A DNA stretch of 64,000 bases from an uncultured Chloroflexia bacterium (GTDB taxonomy: Bacteria > Chloroflexota > Limnocylindria > Limnocylindrales > CSP1-4). This document shows positions 63,387-64,000 of this stretch, one piece after another. Each line of letters opens with the position of its first letter. The stretch's first letter is position 1. The notes below the pieces were generated by a model. The model saw only the letters and a program-made list of their open reading frames with translations, was not told the origin of the DNA and did no database searches. Made by a program: the position numbers and the translations under genes. The stretch lies in assembly GCA_963776925.1 (NCBI GenBank), contig CAVZON010000007.1, positions 141,158-205,157 on the forward strand, given 5' to 3'.

Positions 63387-64000
63387 TCAGCCGGCGACGC
63401 CGGTCCCGAGCACGAAGAACCGGCCGGTCGTCGTCACCTCGACGTCCCGGAACCCGGCGGCGGCGAGGGCCGCCGTCAGCTCCTCCGGCGTGTAGTAGAC
63501 CTTGACGATCGTGAACTCGCGGCCGTCGTCGAGCCGACGGACCGCGCGATCGTCGGCGGGGACCGGATGGTCGGCGGCTCCGGAGGCCGCGTCGGGCAAC
63601 GAGTCGATGAAGGCGTAGCGCCCGCCGGGTCGCAGCCAGCGCCGGGCCAGCTCGAGGAACTCGCCCAGCCGCCCCCGCTCGACGTGGCTGAGCCAGAACC
63701 CGGTGAACAGCGCGTCGGCGACACCGTCCGGGTCGGCCCACGCGTCGCGGACGTGGATGTGGGCGCGGAGACGATGCGCCACGAGGCGCTCGCGGGCGCG
63801 ATCCAGCGGCGCCGCCGCCGCGTCGTAGATCGACAGCTCGCCCTTGCCGGCGAGGAGCGGCGACCACCATCCCGTGCCCGCTGCGAGCTCCACGATCCGA
63901 CCGTCGAGCGGCAGGCCGTCCAGCCAGCGCCCGGCCCGGTCGACCTCGGCGTGCCAGGCCGCATCGTGGATCGCGCCACGGGCGTAGCGACCGCGGCGCA
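63387..64000 (-). CDS. class I SAM-dependent methyltransferase (5' end beyond the window)
   Basis: IVELAAGTGWW (motif I), LRPGGRYAFID, VKVYYTPEEL. The reading frame is open to the window edge. Confidence 0.7.
   Translation of the reverse strand, partial: RRGRYARGAIHDAAWHAEVDRAGRWLDGLPLDGRIVELAAGTGWWSPLLAGKGELSIYDAAAAPLDRARERLVAHRLRAHIHVRDAWADPDGVADALFTGFWLSHVERGRLGEFLELARRWLRPGGRYAFIDSLPDAASGAADHPVPADDRAVRRLDDGREFTIVKVYYTPEELTAALAAAGFRDVEVTTTGRFFVLGTGVAG

Overview
Very GC-rich chromosomal segment: third codon positions are almost all G/C and several starts look leaderless. The gene content (F420/LLM-type oxidoreductase, MarP-like protease, KorAB, DinB-fold proteins) fits Actinomycetota or a related high-GC Terrabacteria lineage, and the contig behaves like a MAG or long-read assembly. 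I can support about 65 protein-coding genes. I recognise no rRNA, tRNA, CRISPR array, transposase, integrase or phage gene.

Gene order: ilvB; GGDEF-EAL; leuCD; lipoprotein; MarP-like protease; cNMP-binding protein; MFS-cNMP fusion; ilvD-LLM-GNAT-TM-M20 chain; secreted nuclease plus lamin-tail-domain protein; MarR; fabD with two KAS genes; ASCH; thioesterase; CopA-cupredoxin; ogt; second MFS-cNMP fusion; small NDVEGH-repeat ORF; S8 peptidase, GAF and Crp (minus-strand operon); zinc-ribbon cyclase-STAND-TPR; secreted protein; long minus-strand operon CBS-korA-korB-ZnR/CBS-receiver-like-pepP-hypothetical; EamA; HpcH aldolase; truncated globin; secreted protein; hmgA; ECF sigma cassette 1; small class III cyclase; PAT-like GNAT; FAH; META lipoprotein; membrane protein; ECF sigma cassettes 2 and 3; hppD; DinB; three DUF-type membrane/lipoproteins; S9 peptidase; tandem DinB; proC; methyltransferase (partial).

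All six frames carry long stop-free ORFs because of the GC content. I therefore called genes only where the translation shows recognisable family motifs or clear signal/TM features. About 30 genes can be rebuilt only by hopping between frames, so their coordinates are envelopes, not clean ORFs. This is most likely consensus indel error.

Most interesting:
- A compact cyclic-nucleotide island at about 26.6-34.7 kb. A Crp-GAF-cytoplasmic subtilase operon is divergent from a cyclase-STAND gene and convergent with a small repeat ORF.
- Three paralogous ECF-sigma/membrane-protein cassettes.
- A CopA with an extra TM helix and a fused cupredoxin, behind a perfect palindromic operator.
- A hairpin that sequesters the hmgA Shine-Dalgarno.
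- A homogentisate pathway that lacks a classical isomerase but is flanked by DinB-fold genes.
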